DNA of 64,000 nt from Vulcanimicrobiales bacterium (GTDB lineage: Bacteria; Vulcanimicrobiota; Vulcanimicrobiia; Vulcanimicrobiales; Vulcanimicrobiaceae): the NCBI GenBank assembly GCA_038215615.1, contig JBBQQR010000008.1, forward strand, positions 15,946-79,945. The letters run 5' to 3'. Both the position numbers and the translations under genes were made by a program. A model generated the notes under the pieces. The model was not told the origin of the DNA. It ran no database searches and saw only the letters and a program-made list of their open reading frames with translations. How positions within the stretch are numbered: position 1 is the stretch's first letter; every line of letters begins with the position of its first letter. Positions 39,902 through 50,043 of this stretch are shown here, piece after piece.

Positions 39902-41419
39902 CTAGAGGTTCGGCGCGAGCCCGACTTCTATTCCGGTCTCAAACGTCCGGTTCCACGGCAGCGTGATTTGGATCGCTGCGATATGGTAGGACGGATAGAG
40001 CTGCTTGAGGATCGCCGCGGCCCGGTTCCACAGCGCAGCGCGATTGAGGTCGGCAATCGGCGCGGCTTGTTCGGCGAGCAAATACGTATGGTCCGTAACG
40101 CCTTGCGCGGTGAGCGCTGCATTGATCTGCGGCCGGACGAAGTCATGAAAGGCGTAGTCGTCGACGATTCGGTCGAACGTAAACTCAGCGTGGGCGAGCG
40201 CGTCGTAGGTCCCGCTGCGGCGGCCCGCGCCGGCAGCAACCGCTTCCGCAACCGCCGTGCCGACCGTATTTGCGTTCGTGTTCCACGACGCATAAGAATC
40301 CAGTTTGGTCGCGATCCCGCTATCGAGCAGCCGTTGCGCGAAGGCCGCCTGCACCGAGAACGTATTCCGCAGAAACGTCAAATCCGCAAACGCCACCGAG
40401 CGTCCCGCTTGCTCGTGCGCCTTCATCGATGCCAGCAAGTCGTCATCGTGCGCGGGATCGGTATTGGGAACGCGGACGAACAACGTGATATCCGGCTGCG
40501 CATCGTCGCGCACGGCGCCGCAGAGACGTATGAGTCCGTCTATCGCAGTTTCGATCGGCGCGAACTCCAGCGGATCGTTGAGCCCGGCGCCGCCCGGCAT
40601 CGAGTAGGTCACGGCGACTCGCGGCGTCCATCCGGAGTTGCGCGCGATCGCTTGCGCGACCATCGCCATCCCCAGTTCGTCGGCGCCCGGTTCGATCGCA
40701 ACGCGATCTTCCAAGCCGGCTTGCGCGACCGACGCTTGCAGCGCGCGTACGTCTTTGACGTGAAGGCCAACCGGGCCGGCGTCATCTTGCCCGAGCGCGA
40801 GACGATCGATCGTGCCGGCGGCCACCAGTTTTATCAGGAGATCGTCGACTGCGTAGTCGCGGTAACGCGCGTTCAAATAGCCTTGCAGCGTCTGGTCGCC
40901 AATCAAGGCACGCAATTGCGCCGCCCGGGCTTCTTGCGCCGGCAGAATTGGATCGTGCAGGTTGGCGAATTCCTGTATGTATGTCCAAACCGGATAAGGC
41001 GCGAAAAATGACTGTGCGCGTCCGACGGCGGGAATGCCGGTCGGCGCAAGGCGCATGACGGTTCCAAACGCGCCGATCCAGGCGGTGGGATACCGGCGGC
41101 GCAATTGCTGCAGCGAGCGTAGGCGAAAATACGCGTCACTGTAGGCCGTTTCGGGAACGCGTGAAGCGATCAATCCGCCGTAGGCCAGCATGTCCGCGCT
41201 CACGACGAACTGACCGGTGCGCGCTGCCTGCGAGCCGTTGAGCCACGCGATGATCGCGTCAGGCTTCCCAAAGTCCAAATAATTGCCGAGCAGCGGCAGC
41301 GGGGGCTCGGCTACCGGCACGCCTGCAATGCGCCCCAAAAGTTGGGGGAGCTGTCGCGTGACCGGGCGATCGTCCAGCGGAACGAACGCGATCGCCGCCA
41401 GCACGAACGCCGCCAACAT
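39902..41419 (-). CDS. DUF4127-like protein
   Basis: VPLDDRP, DMLAYGGLIASR, GQDD, PGADE and YASWNT.ANT.GT motifs recalled for DUF4127. Confidence 0.75.
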   Translation of the reverse strand: MLAAFVLAAIAFVPLDDRPVTRQLPQLLGRIAGVPVAEPPLPLLGNYLDFGKPDAIIAWLNGSQAARTGQFVVSADMLAYGGLIASRVPETAYSDAYFRLRSLQQLRRRYPTAWIGAFGTVMRLAPTGIPAVGRAQSFFAPYPVWTYIQEFANLHDPILPAQEARAAQLRALIGDQTLQGYLNARYRDYAVDDLLIKLVAAGTIDRLALGQDDAGPVGLHVKDVRALQASVAQAGLEDRVAIEPGADELGMAMVAQAIARNSGWTPRVAVTYSMPGGAGLNDPLEFAPIETAIDGLIRLCGAVRDDAQPDITLFVRVPNTDPAHDDDLLASMKAHEQAGRSVAFADLTFLRNTFSVQAAFAQRLLDSGIATKLDSYASWNTNANTVGTAVAEAVAAGAGRRSGTYDALAHAEFTFDRIVDDYAFHDFVRPQINAALTAQGVTDHTYLLAEQAAPIADLNRAALWNRAAAILKQLYPSYHIAAIQITLPWNRTFETGIEVGLAPNL

Positions 41420-42309
41420 TATAACTGCTGCAGTGCGCGGCGAAGCGAGCCGCCGTGCGCGTCGAGCTGCGCGCGTGCCTCCTGAGCCGTTAGCGCGCCC
41501 TGCCCCATGACGACCGCAACTTTCACCCGGCCGCCCGCGGATTCCAGCAACTGCGCAGCAGTCGCTTCATCGGTTGCGACCAGCTGCATCACCAGACGCA
41601 GCGCGCGCTTGCGCAATTTGCTATTGCTCGCGACGACGTCGACCATGAGATTGTCGTAGACCTTATCGAGTCTGACCATCGTCGCGGTCGAAAGCGTGTT
41701 GAGCAGCACTTTCTGCGCGGTGCCCGCTTTCAACCGCGTCGAACCCGCGACCGGTTCGGGCCCCGTGTCCAAGACGATCGTCAAGTCTGCCGCGGCGCCG
41801 AGTTCGGTTGGGGAATTATTCGTCACGCCGAGCGTCCATGCTCCGGTCTCGCGCGCAGCCAGCAGCGCGCGGATGACAAACGCCGCGCCTCCGCTCGCGC
41901 TCAGGCCGATCACCGCGTCGCCGGTTTGCACGTGCCCATGCATTTCGCGTTCGCCGGCATCGCCGTCATCTTCGGCGCCCTCGATCGCGTGTGTTAGCGC
42001 GTCGCGCCCGCCGGCGATATGCGCGCAGACCAGCGCCGGATCCGTTCCGAACGTCGGCGGCATCTCCGACGCATCGAGAAACGCGATACGTCCACTGCTT
42101 CCGGCCCCGACATAGTGCATCTTTCCGCCCGACGCCAAACGCATCGCTATTTCATCCACGGCTTGCGCGATGACGCCGCCCACTGCCACGACCGCAGCGA
42201 CGGCCTCGCGTTGCTCGAGAGCGAGCACCGCGACGAGCTCGTCCACCGGCATACGGTCGAGCGAAGTTGTGCGCGGGTTGCGCCCTTCAGTCTGGGGCAG
42301 GTCATTCAT
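41419..42309 (-). CDS. murQ: N-acetylmuramic acid 6-phosphate etherase
   Basis: TE.RNP, GAGSSGR, DASEMPPTFG, GSTRLKAGTAQK and NLMVDV motifs. Confidence 0.96.
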   Translation of the reverse strand: MNDLPQTEGRNPRTTSLDRMPVDELVAVLALEQREAVAAVVAVGGVIAQAVDEIAMRLASGGKMHYVGAGSSGRIAFLDASEMPPTFGTDPALVCAHIAGGRDALTHAIEGAEDDGDAGEREMHGHVQTGDAVIGLSASGGAAFVIRALLAARETGAWTLGVTNNSPTELGAAADLTIVLDTGPEPVAGSTRLKAGTAQKVLLNTLSTATMVRLDKVYDNLMVDVVASNSKLRKRALRLVMQLVATDEATAAQLLESAGGRVKVAVVMGQGALTAQEARAQLDAHGGSLRRALQQL

Positions 42310-43205
42310 AACAAATGCTCCGCGGCGCGGAGTGCGCCCGCAGCCGGAGCGGGATTATCTTTGCGAATAGGCATCTCGGGAAAGTCGTTGAGCAAACGCG
42401 TTTCGAGCAGAAAGGTCAGCAAACTGCTGGCCGAGAGGAGGCCGCCCGAAAACGCAATCGGCGCATTGGAACCTGTCAACCCGGCAGATGTAATCGCCGC
42501 CTTCACCAAGCTGTTCAGTTCCGCGGCCGCCTGCTGCACGATCTTGGAAGCCGAGCGGTCGCCGCGACCGGCGGATTCGATGACGATTGGAGCGAGCGCT
42601 GCAAGAGCGCGTGCCGGCTCTTGGGCGGAATAGACTTTTTGCAACGTTTCGTTGAGTGAGCTGACTTCAAGCGCCGCTTCTAGTTCTTGCGCAAAAGCAT
42701 CGCGCGGCGCACGTCCGTCGTAGGCCCGCAATAATCGATCGACGGCCGCCGCGCCGATACCGAATCCCGATCCGGCGTCGCCGAACAAATACCCGTAGCC
42801 GCCGCTGCGGAATCCCGCGCCGGCTCGCTGCGCGTACGCGATCGCGCCGGTTCCGGCAATGACCACCGTTCCGTCGCCCTCCGGCACCGCCGCGCGCAGC
42901 GCGATGTACGCATCGTCACGTACTTCCACGTTCGCGCCTTCGAAGCGGGACTCAAGCGCGTTTTTTAGCTCGCCCGCAACGCCTTCACGTCCCGCGCCGG
43001 CCGCGCCGACGAAAATAGCGCCCGGAAGAGCGCCGCCGAGCGCAAGTTCGATCGTTTTCGCAATGCTGTCGCCGGCCCGCTCGGCGCCCAGCACCGTTGG
43101 ATTTGCCGAGCCGCCGTACCACACGCCCTTACAATGTCCGTCCATCGAGTAGGTAACGGCGGTTTTCGATCCGCCGGCGTCGACGCCGACCGCTATTCGC
43201 GACAT
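42306..43205 (-). CDS. BadF/BadG/BcrA/BcrD-family sugar kinase (GlcNAc/MurNAc kinase-like)
   Basis: GVDAGGSKT, IAGTG and GGYGYLFGDAGSG motifs. Confidence 0.88.
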   Translation of the reverse strand: MSRIAVGVDAGGSKTAVTYSMDGHCKGVWYGGSANPTVLGAERAGDSIAKTIELALGGALPGAIFVGAAGAGREGVAGELKNALESRFEGANVEVRDDAYIALRAAVPEGDGTVVIAGTGAIAYAQRAGAGFRSGGYGYLFGDAGSGFGIGAAAVDRLLRAYDGRAPRDAFAQELEAALEVSSLNETLQKVYSAQEPARALAALAPIVIESAGRGDRSASKIVQQAAAELNSLVKAAITSAGLTGSNAPIAFSGGLLSASSLLTFLLETRLLNDFPEMPIRKDNPAPAAGALRAAEHLL

Positions 43206-44341
43206 TCAGTCCGCATCTTATCAAGGAGGGCATCCAAATCATGCGGCGCGATTGCGCCCAATACCACGGGGCCGCCCGCGCCGGTCGAGCGCGGCACGTT
43301 TGCCGCGCGTCCCCGCAGAGTCTCGTATCCGAGAATCGCAAATGCCACCGCTTCTTTTGCATCCGCTCGCAGGTTCATGACCTCGGACGATTCGACGCGG
43401 CGATCGGGCAGACGCTGCTGGAGCTCGCGTAAGATGGCCGGATTTTTCGCGCCCCCGCCACTGACCAATACGTGTGCTCCCCGGGCCGCGGAGGCATCGA
43501 TAGCCGCTGCAAGTGACGCCGCCGTCAGTGCGGCAAGAGTCGCCGCCCCGTCTTCGAGTGAAAGCGCGTCGAGCCGGGTCTTGTGCTCGTCCAAAAATTG
43601 CGCGCCAAAGCGTTCACGCCCGGTCGTTTTGGGAGGCGCGATCGCGAAATACGGATCGGCCAGCATCGCTTCGAGCACGGGTTGATTCACGGATCCCCCA
43701 AGCGCCGTTTTGCCGTCGCGATCGAAGCGTTGGGCTCCATTCGTACGGCGGAACACGAACGTGTCTATCAACATATTTCCGGGTCCGCTATCGTAGCCGA
43801 TCACATCTTGCGGCGCCGAACGGCGCGGAATGACCGTGAAGTTCGCGATACCTCCGATATTTACGGCGACGCGATCTTCTGCGTCGCTGGCCAGCAAGAG
43901 CGCATCCACGTAAGGCACGAGCGGAGCTCCCTGACCCCCGGCCGCGCAATCGGCGCTGCGAAAATCGTAACAGACGGTCCGCCCGACGGCTTGCCGGATG
44001 ACGAACGGATCGCCGACCTGCAGCGTCGTGTGCGCGTCGCCGTCGTGATAGATCGTTTGGCCGTGTGAAGCAACGAAATCGACGGCGGCCTTTCCCGCCA
44101 CATAAAGCGCAGCTTTGGCGAACGTTTGGCCGAGCATGCGATGCAGCCGCGCAACGGCGCGCGTCGTGCCGGCATTGGGCGGCAGCGCCTCACGCAGCGC
44201 CGCGCGTTCGTCTTGCGCGTACGGCGTCGTCTGAAAATCGAGCACGTCGACTTCGTACGAACGTCCGCGCGGCACGAGTCTGACCAGCGCCGCATCCACG
44301 CCATCCAGCGACGTGCCGCTCATCAATCCCACCGCGATCAT
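43193..44341 (-). CDS. anmK: Anhydro-N-acetylmuramic acid kinase
   Basis: GLMSGTSLDGVD, SHGQT, DFRSAD.AAGGQGAPL, NIGGIAN and KEAVAFA motifs; ATG 44341 overlaps upstream stop. Confidence 0.96.
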   Translation of the reverse strand: MIAVGLMSGTSLDGVDAALVRLVPRGRSYEVDVLDFQTTPYAQDERAALREALPPNAGTTRAVARLHRMLGQTFAKAALYVAGKAAVDFVASHGQTIYHDGDAHTTLQVGDPFVIRQAVGRTVCYDFRSADCAAGGQGAPLVPYVDALLLASDAEDRVAVNIGGIANFTVIPRRSAPQDVIGYDSGPGNMLIDTFVFRRTNGAQRFDRDGKTALGGSVNQPVLEAMLADPYFAIAPPKTTGRERFGAQFLDEHKTRLDALSLEDGAATLAALTAASLAAAIDASAARGAHVLVSGGGAKNPAILRELQQRLPDRRVESSEVMNLRADAKEAVAFAILGYETLRGRAANVPRSTGAGGPVVLGAIAPHDLDALLDKMRTECRE

Positions 44342-45375
44342 CGAAGACCCAAGTCTTCCACCATCGATTCGTAAAAGGCCGCGCGCAAATCGCGCGTGTC
44401 GTTTCGACCGAAATAGACCGAGTTCGTCAGTAAGACGCCGCTGCAGTCGCGCTGCGGATCCGCCCAAACGCACGTGCCGACGAAACCCGTATGCCCGAAA
44501 GTTTCGCGCGAAAGATAGCGTCCGCAAGAGTTCTCATCGTTCGTCTTCAAAGCCCAGCCCAAGCCGCGGCGCAGAACCGGATCGAACGCCTGCTCCGCGA
44601 GCGCTTCGCGCGCGAGTTGCGGCGGCAGAGCTTTGGCCGGGCGTTCTGCCGCAGCCGACAGATACTCTTCGGCCAGCGCCGCGACATCCGATGCGCTGCC
44701 GAAAATTCCCGCATGTCCGGCCGTGCCGCCCATCAGATAAGCTTTCTCGTCGTGCACGAAGCCTTGGACGCGTCCGCGCCAGCCGTCATCTTCCGTCGCC
44801 GGAATCGAATCTCGCCAACGAGTCGGCGGAACGTAGATCGCCGGACGTGCCAGCGCCCTTAGACTCCGTTGTGCGCGGCGGCGCAAAAGTTCGCCCACGG
44901 CGATAAAACCGAGATCGCTATAGATGACGCGCTCGCCAGGGGCGGCCACCAGGTCGCGCTCCAGCGAAAACTGCACGACGTTGCGATCGCGCAATTCGCG
45001 ATAGTCCGCGCCCGAATTCATCCCCGATGTGTGAGCCAGCAGCATGCGCAAAGTGATCGCCGCATGCGGCTTGCCGCTCCACTCGGGAAAAACATCCTTC
45101 AGCGATCCGTCGAGGTCGAGCCGGCCTTGCGCGACGGCTCGAAGAGCCAGCGTCGCTACGAACGGTTTCGTGATGGAAGCCAAGTCGAAGAGCGTATCCA
45201 CCAAAACTGGGCGTCCTTGCGCGCCCAGACGCGTCACGCCGTATGCGCGCTCAAAACGAAGCTGGCCGCCCTGCTCGATGCGCGCCACGGCCCCGGTAAA
45301 TTGCTTACCACACGCCTCGCGCAAAACGGCGTCGGCGCCTGCGAAGGCTCGATCAACCGCGAGCAAGCGCAGCAC
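44338..45375 (-). CDS. Beta-lactamase-family serine hydrolase (possible muropeptide amidase or esterase)
   Basis: FDLASITK, LLAHTSG, YSDLGF, GHAG and GHTGF motifs. Confidence 0.85.
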   Translation of the reverse strand: MLRLLAVDRAFAGADAVLREACGKQFTGAVARIEQGGQLRFERAYGVTRLGAQGRPVLVDTLFDLASITKPFVATLALRAVAQGRLDLDGSLKDVFPEWSGKPHAAITLRMLLAHTSGMNSGADYRELRDRNVVQFSLERDLVAAPGERVIYSDLGFIAVGELLRRRAQRSLRALARPAIYVPPTRWRDSIPATEDDGWRGRVQGFVHDEKAYLMGGTAGHAGIFGSASDVAALAEEYLSAAAERPAKALPPQLAREALAEQAFDPVLRRGLGWALKTNDENSCGRYLSRETFGHTGFVGTCVWADPQRDCSGVLLTNSVYFGRNDTRDLRAAFYESMVEDLGLR

Positions 45376-46870
45376 CGTTCAATGGAAAAGATCCGCGCGC
45401 GGGTTTCCCGCCGAACAGCACGGCTGCCAGACCGGCGATGCTGGGGGCATCGTCGCCAAAAGTGCACGCGACATGACGAGCTTGCGGAAATTCGAACGCG
45501 TCGAACGGTTCGCGCAATGAAACAAGCAGCGCATCCGGATGCGCGGAAAGTATGCGATCGACCGCGGACCTCTGTCCGGCGTACACGTGCGCGCGCCGCA
45601 TCAGGACGATCGGGCGGCCTCCGCCGATCTCCGCGAGCATTCGATCGATGTCTTCTTCTTGCGGATCCAGTGGTGCGCGGATTTGGCGCGCGTCCGCATA
45701 ATCGGAGAGCGCGGCGTGCCGGTCGTGCGCGCCCTGCGCGCCTTCGGAGGTCGCACTTTCAAAGCTGACGGCGATGTCGTCCGGACCGCCCCGCACTTCG
45801 CCGCGCATGACGGTGACCGCACCGAGCCCGATGCGCGAACCGATTCCGGGGAACGGCGCGGCAGCTTCTAAAGGAAGAGGCGACTGCAGCGCGGAGCGCA
45901 GAGCCCCAACCCGGGAAGCGGCTTCTTCAAGCCGCTCGAGCGAAAGATCCCCATCTTCGGCGGCTCGCGCGATACCGTCGACCGTGCGCGCCGCCAAGTC
46001 GAGATCGTGACTCAACAAGACACAGTCGGCGCCCGCGGCGAGCGCCTCGATGGCCGCCCGTTGGGTGCCGATTCCTTTGGTAATCGCGTCCATCTGCAGG
46101 CAGTCGGTGAAGCAGACGCCTTTGAAGTGCAGCTCGCCTCTCAGCAATTCCGTGAGGGTGCGGCGCGAAACCGTTGCCGGCCGGCCCTCTTCGAATGCAC
46201 GCACGATGACGTGCGCCGTCATGACAGCGCGCGCCGCCGGCAGCAACTCCGCGAACGGAATGAGATCGCGCGCGCGCAGCGTCGCTTCGTCCGCCTCGAT
46301 GACCGGCAGCTCCACATGCGAGTCGGCCGGCGTCGAGCCGTGCCCGGGGAAGTGCTTGAACGTTGCCGTAACGCCGCCACCTTCCAAGCCGGCCGCGAAT
46401 GCTCCGGCGAGCAGCGCGACACGGTGAGGATCGTCGCCAAACGCCCGCGTGCCGATCACGGTGTTCATACGCGTGAGCGCAAGGTCGGCAACCGGAGCGA
46501 AATTGACATTTGCTCCGGCGCGGCGAAGATCGAATGCGACCTGCTCGCCGGCGTCTCGTGCGAGTTGGTCGCTTGCGGCGCCCGCACAGGCCGCCGCGAT
46601 CGCAAGGGCCGACGGAATCTCCTCGACGCCTGCGCGAATGCGCGCCACGCGTCCGCCCTCTTGATCGATCGCGAGAATCGGCGCCGGCAGTAGTTCACGC
46701 AGCTCATCGGTGAGCGCACGAACCTGCGCCACCGACTCCACATTGCCGCCGAAGAGCACGACACCCGCCAGCGGAACGTCGCGCAGAAATGTTTGCAACT
46801 CCGCGCTCACGGTGGTGCCTTCGAAACCCGCACACACGACGCCGGCTGCCAGTTTTCGAACGTCGCTCAC
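45353..46870 (-). CDS. nagZ: Beta-N-acetylhexosaminidase, GH3
   Basis: IDQEGGRV, KHFPGHG...DSH, MTAHV and TDCLQM motifs; GTG 46870 overlaps upstream stop. Confidence 0.93.
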   Translation of the reverse strand: MSDVRKLAAGVVCAGFEGTTVSAELQTFLRDVPLAGVVLFGGNVESVAQVRALTDELRELLPAPILAIDQEGGRVARIRAGVEEIPSALAIAAACAGAASDQLARDAGEQVAFDLRRAGANVNFAPVADLALTRMNTVIGTRAFGDDPHRVALLAGAFAAGLEGGGVTATFKHFPGHGSTPADSHVELPVIEADEATLRARDLIPFAELLPAARAVMTAHVIVRAFEEGRPATVSRRTLTELLRGELHFKGVCFTDCLQMDAITKGIGTQRAAIEALAAGADCVLLSHDLDLAARTVDGIARAAEDGDLSLERLEEAASRVGALRSALQSPLPLEAAAPFPGIGSRIGLGAVTVMRGEVRGGPDDIAVSFESATSEGAQGAHDRHAALSDYADARQIRAPLDPQEEDIDRMLAEIGGGRPIVLMRRAHVYAGQRSAVDRILSAHPDALLVSLREPFDAFEFPQARHVACTFGDDAPSIAGLAAVLFGGKPARGSFPLNGAALARG

Positions 46871-47844
46871 TGAATTGCCGCTCCGCCGGCGCGATCGAAG
46901 CGGCGCACGTGCTCTTGCGGCAGCGTCACGGCGACTTCTTCTCCGACATCCGGAACCGCGGCAACCGGGACCCGCGCGATCAGCTCGCCCTTTGCGGTCT
47001 GCATGCGGACGAACGCGTCGGCCCCCGTCGATTCGACCGTCACAACTCGCCCGCGAAGCGGGCCGCCGTTTTGCAGCCGAACGTTTTCGGGGCGAATGCC
47101 AAGCGTTTCCATTCCATCGTCGATCAGATTCATCGGCGGTGTTCCGAAAAATCTCGCCACGCGCGTGTTCGCCGGATAATCGTAGACGCGCTGCGGCGCA
47201 TCGCACTGCAAGATCGCGCCGTCGATCATAACCGCGAGCCGATCGCCTGCCGTCAGCGCCTCGGCGTGATCGTGCGTCACGTGAATCACAGCTCCATTGA
47301 ACGACCTCGAAAACGCCAAAAACGAGCGCCGCACTTGCGCGCGCAGCGACGGTTCCAAATGCGAAAGCGGTTCGTCCAGCAAGAGAACACGCGGATCGCT
47401 CAGCATTGCACGGGCGAGCGAAGCCCGCTGGCGTTCGCCGGCGGAGAGTTCGCGGGGACGTTTTTGCAGATGCGCGGCAATACCGAGATCGTGCGCAGCG
47501 GCTTCGACGCGATCGTCCCCGCCGCGCTCGCCGCGCAAAGCGAAGACGAGATTTTGGCGCAGCGTCAAGTGCGGGAAAAGAGCGTCGCGATCGAAGACAA
47601 TCGCGACCCGGCGTTCTTCCGCCGGCCGGCTGGCGGCCTCACGGTCGTCGACGAGAACAGAACCTGCATCGGGGCGTTCCAATCCGGCGATAACGCGTAA
47701 TAGCGTCGTTTTCCCCGCGCCGCTCGGTCCCAAAATGACGAGCCGCTCGCGATCGCGCACAGAAAAAGAAACGCGGTCCAGTGCGGTCCGGCGAACTCCA
47801 TTACGGTGAAAATGTTTGGTGAGATCGCGTGCGGCAACCGCCAC
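46867..47844 (-). CDS. ABC transporter ATP-binding protein, MalK-like with TOBE domain
   Basis: GPSGAGKTT, LSAGERQR, LLLDEPLS, VTHD and GIRPE motifs. Confidence 0.9.
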   Translation of the reverse strand: MAVAARDLTKHFHRNGVRRTALDRVSFSVRDRERLVILGPSGAGKTTLLRVIAGLERPDAGSVLVDDREAASRPAEERRVAIVFDRDALFPHLTLRQNLVFALRGERGGDDRVEAAAHDLGIAAHLQKRPRELSAGERQRASLARAMLSDPRVLLLDEPLSHLEPSLRAQVRRSFLAFSRSFNGAVIHVTHDHAEALTAGDRLAVMIDGAILQCDAPQRVYDYPANTRVARFFGTPPMNLIDDGMETLGIRPENVRLQNGGPLRGRVVTVESTGADAFVRMQTAKGELIARVPVAAVPDVGEEVAVTLPQEHVRRFDRAGGAAIQ

Positions 47845-47860
47845 GGCGCCCTAGGTTTTC

Positions 47861-48217
47861 CTAGCGGATGCGGATGATTTGCGCGACGAGCCGTCCGGCA
47901 ACGTCGCTGACATCGATGTCGACGCGCGACCCGCGCGACAATTCGGCGAACGATGCAAAGTCTTCGCCGCGAAAAATACTCGTGCTCGGCGTGACCGCAA
48001 TCGGTACGCGTCCGTGCGATGTTTCGACCAAAATGCTAGCGCTGGCAAAATCGATGCCGACGATGCGACCGGAAACGACTGCATGCGAGCGCGCCGTTCC
48101 GTCCGCGAGCGGTAAGGCATGTGCCCAAGGCGGCGGGTCTGCAACGGCAAATCCCGTACCGGCGGCTCCCAGAACCGCGGCCAGTATTGCCGATACGAAA
48201 ATTCGCAGCCAAGCCAT
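47861..48217 (-). CDS. Small secreted hypothetical protein
   Basis: Signal peptide, DPPPWAH, short beta domain. Confidence 0.6.
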   Translation of the reverse strand: MAWLRIFVSAILAAVLGAAGTGFAVADPPPWAHALPLADGTARSHAVVSGRIVGIDFASASILVETSHGRVPIAVTPSTSIFRGEDFASFAELSRGSRVDIDVSDVAGRLVAQIIRIR

Positions 48218-48306
48218 ATCGCTATGTCAACGGATGAGCCCAAGTCGGCGTTCCCCTTTCGACGAGCCGGCACGGCCGGCATCCCGCCGAAAGCTCGCTT
48301 GCTCTC

Positions 48307-48606
48307 TCACTCCAGCGCTTCCTTATATGAAGCGCGAGCGCCGGCCGCGCCGTCGCCTCCCTTCCGGACGCCCTCGATGATGGCCCGGAAACGCTTCACC
48401 GCGTCGTCATCAGCCTTCTTGCCCGCCAGCACGAGGCGCAGGGCCATGAGCGAAAGATCCGGCGTCCGCGACCCGAGTATCTTTAGGCCCTCATAAAAGG
48501 GCGCTGCGCCCAGGGCCTCCGGCCGTTCCCGGAGGAGGGCCACAACGACTTCTTCCTTCGGCGGTTTGCCTTCGAGAAGGTAGCGGTCGAGCAGAGGGAA
48601 GTCCAC
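48307..48606 (-). CDS. Hypothetical protein
   Basis: Globular-looking helical ORF from GTG 48606; start uncertain. Confidence 0.55.
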   Translation of the reverse strand: MDFPLLDRYLLEGKPPKEEVVVALLRERPEALGAAPFYEGLKILGSRTPDLSLMALRLVLAGKKADDDAVKRFRAIIEGVRKGGDGAAGARASYKEALE

Positions 48607-48610
48607 CGGG

Positions 48611-50014
48611 ATGAAGTTCGCCGTCGCAATCGCGCTCTTCTCTGTCCTCGCCCACATGCGGCAAGCCAACGGCGACATCTATTCCGCGCACATCGCCAGC
48701 ACGGCGGCGGTGACGGTCGAAGGCCAAGCGGCCACGCAGCAAACCGACAGCCAGGGCGTTCGATTTCTCTTGCGCCAGTGCAGCGGCGCAGTTTGCCCGG
48801 GAACCTATTTCGACGGCCACCGTCTTTTCGGCGTAACGATCAATAGCACCGCGCTCCCGCGCATCGAACCGGCCGATGCTTACTTGCGCGCACTGCGCAT
48901 CGTCGGTTCGCTCGAATTCTTGGCTCCTGATTTTGCGCAGCAAGGCGGCCACATTCTTGACGCCGGCACGATGATCGTAGGGGATTGCACATGCCGGCGG
49001 CTCTTGGTCACCGACCCCGACGCGGTACCGATGGAGGTTTACGTCGATCCGCGCACGTGGCTGCTCGCAGCAGCGCGCAGCGCCGGCGGCGCGTTCTACA
49101 CGATGCACGATTATCGCCGCGTCGGTTCGTATATGTTGCCGTTCCGGATCGATCGCGGCCGCGTGCCGATCGAACAGTACACGACGCGCAGCGTCGTGGC
49201 CACCACCCTGCAGCCTCCACAGGGACTGATCGTCCAGTTCGCATCGAAACCCGCCACCGTCGCGCTCGATCTCGACAGCACGACACCCGGCGCCATGTGC
49301 ACGCTCGGCGGAATAACCGTCCATTGTCTTTTCGATACCGGCAACTCCGGCGTCGCTATGAGTTTGGAATTGGCGGAGGAGCTGAATCTGAATCCGGTCG
49401 GCGTCTTTAGCGTGCGCGGGCTCGGATCGTACGCGACGGAGGTCGTGCGGACCGGCCCGCTGGAGATCGGCGGCGCGCGTTTCGGCGACGCGGAATACGT
49501 CGTGCTGAGCGACATCCACCGCTACGGATACGATCTCGTGCTCGGCGCCGACGTTTTTGCGGCAGCTGCGCCGCTAACGGTCGATTACGAGCATCATGTT
49601 CTTTCATTCGGAGTTGACGAAAAACGGACGGCGCCGGCAATCGCGCTCGCGTTTGATAACTTCGTGCCCGTCGTGGACGTGCTGCTGGCCGGCGAGCCCG
49701 CGCGTTTGGCCGTCGATACGGGCGACCAATCGACGGTCAATCTTGCCGATGAATTTTACGCCTTGCATCCGGATATATTCAAGCCGACCCACACGCAAAA
49801 CGTGGGCGGAATCGGCGGCGACAGCATCGAGATGATGGGCACCATTCCGACGCTGCAAATCGGACCGCTCGCTACGGGCCCTCAGGCTATCGGTACGACT
49901 AAGACTCTCCGGGGCACGGCCAACGGGCACTTAGGAGCCGGTTTTCTGTCGAATTTCTTGGTATTGCTGGACTACGCTCGAGAGCGGATGGAACTGTTGC
50001 CTAAGAAAACCTAG
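48611..50014 (+). CDS. Secreted aspartyl protease with two retropepsin-like domains
   Basis: Two DTG motifs (LFDTGNS, AVDTGDQ), each followed by an LG.D/G.F motif. Confidence 0.82.
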   Translation: MKFAVAIALFSVLAHMRQANGDIYSAHIASTAAVTVEGQAATQQTDSQGVRFLLRQCSGAVCPGTYFDGHRLFGVTINSTALPRIEPADAYLRALRIVGSLEFLAPDFAQQGGHILDAGTMIVGDCTCRRLLVTDPDAVPMEVYVDPRTWLLAAARSAGGAFYTMHDYRRVGSYMLPFRIDRGRVPIEQYTTRSVVATTLQPPQGLIVQFASKPATVALDLDSTTPGAMCTLGGITVHCLFDTGNSGVAMSLELAEELNLNPVGVFSVRGLGSYATEVVRTGPLEIGGARFGDAEYVVLSDIHRYGYDLVLGADVFAAAAPLTVDYEHHVLSFGVDEKRTAPAIALAFDNFVPVVDVLLAGEPARLAVDTGDQSTVNLADEFYALHPDIFKPTHTQNVGGIGGDSIEMMGTIPTLQIGPLATGPQAIGTTKTLRGTANGHLGAGFLSNFLVLLDYARERMELLPKKT

Positions 50015-50043
50015 AATACAAAGAAATGATGTACGATTGAGGC

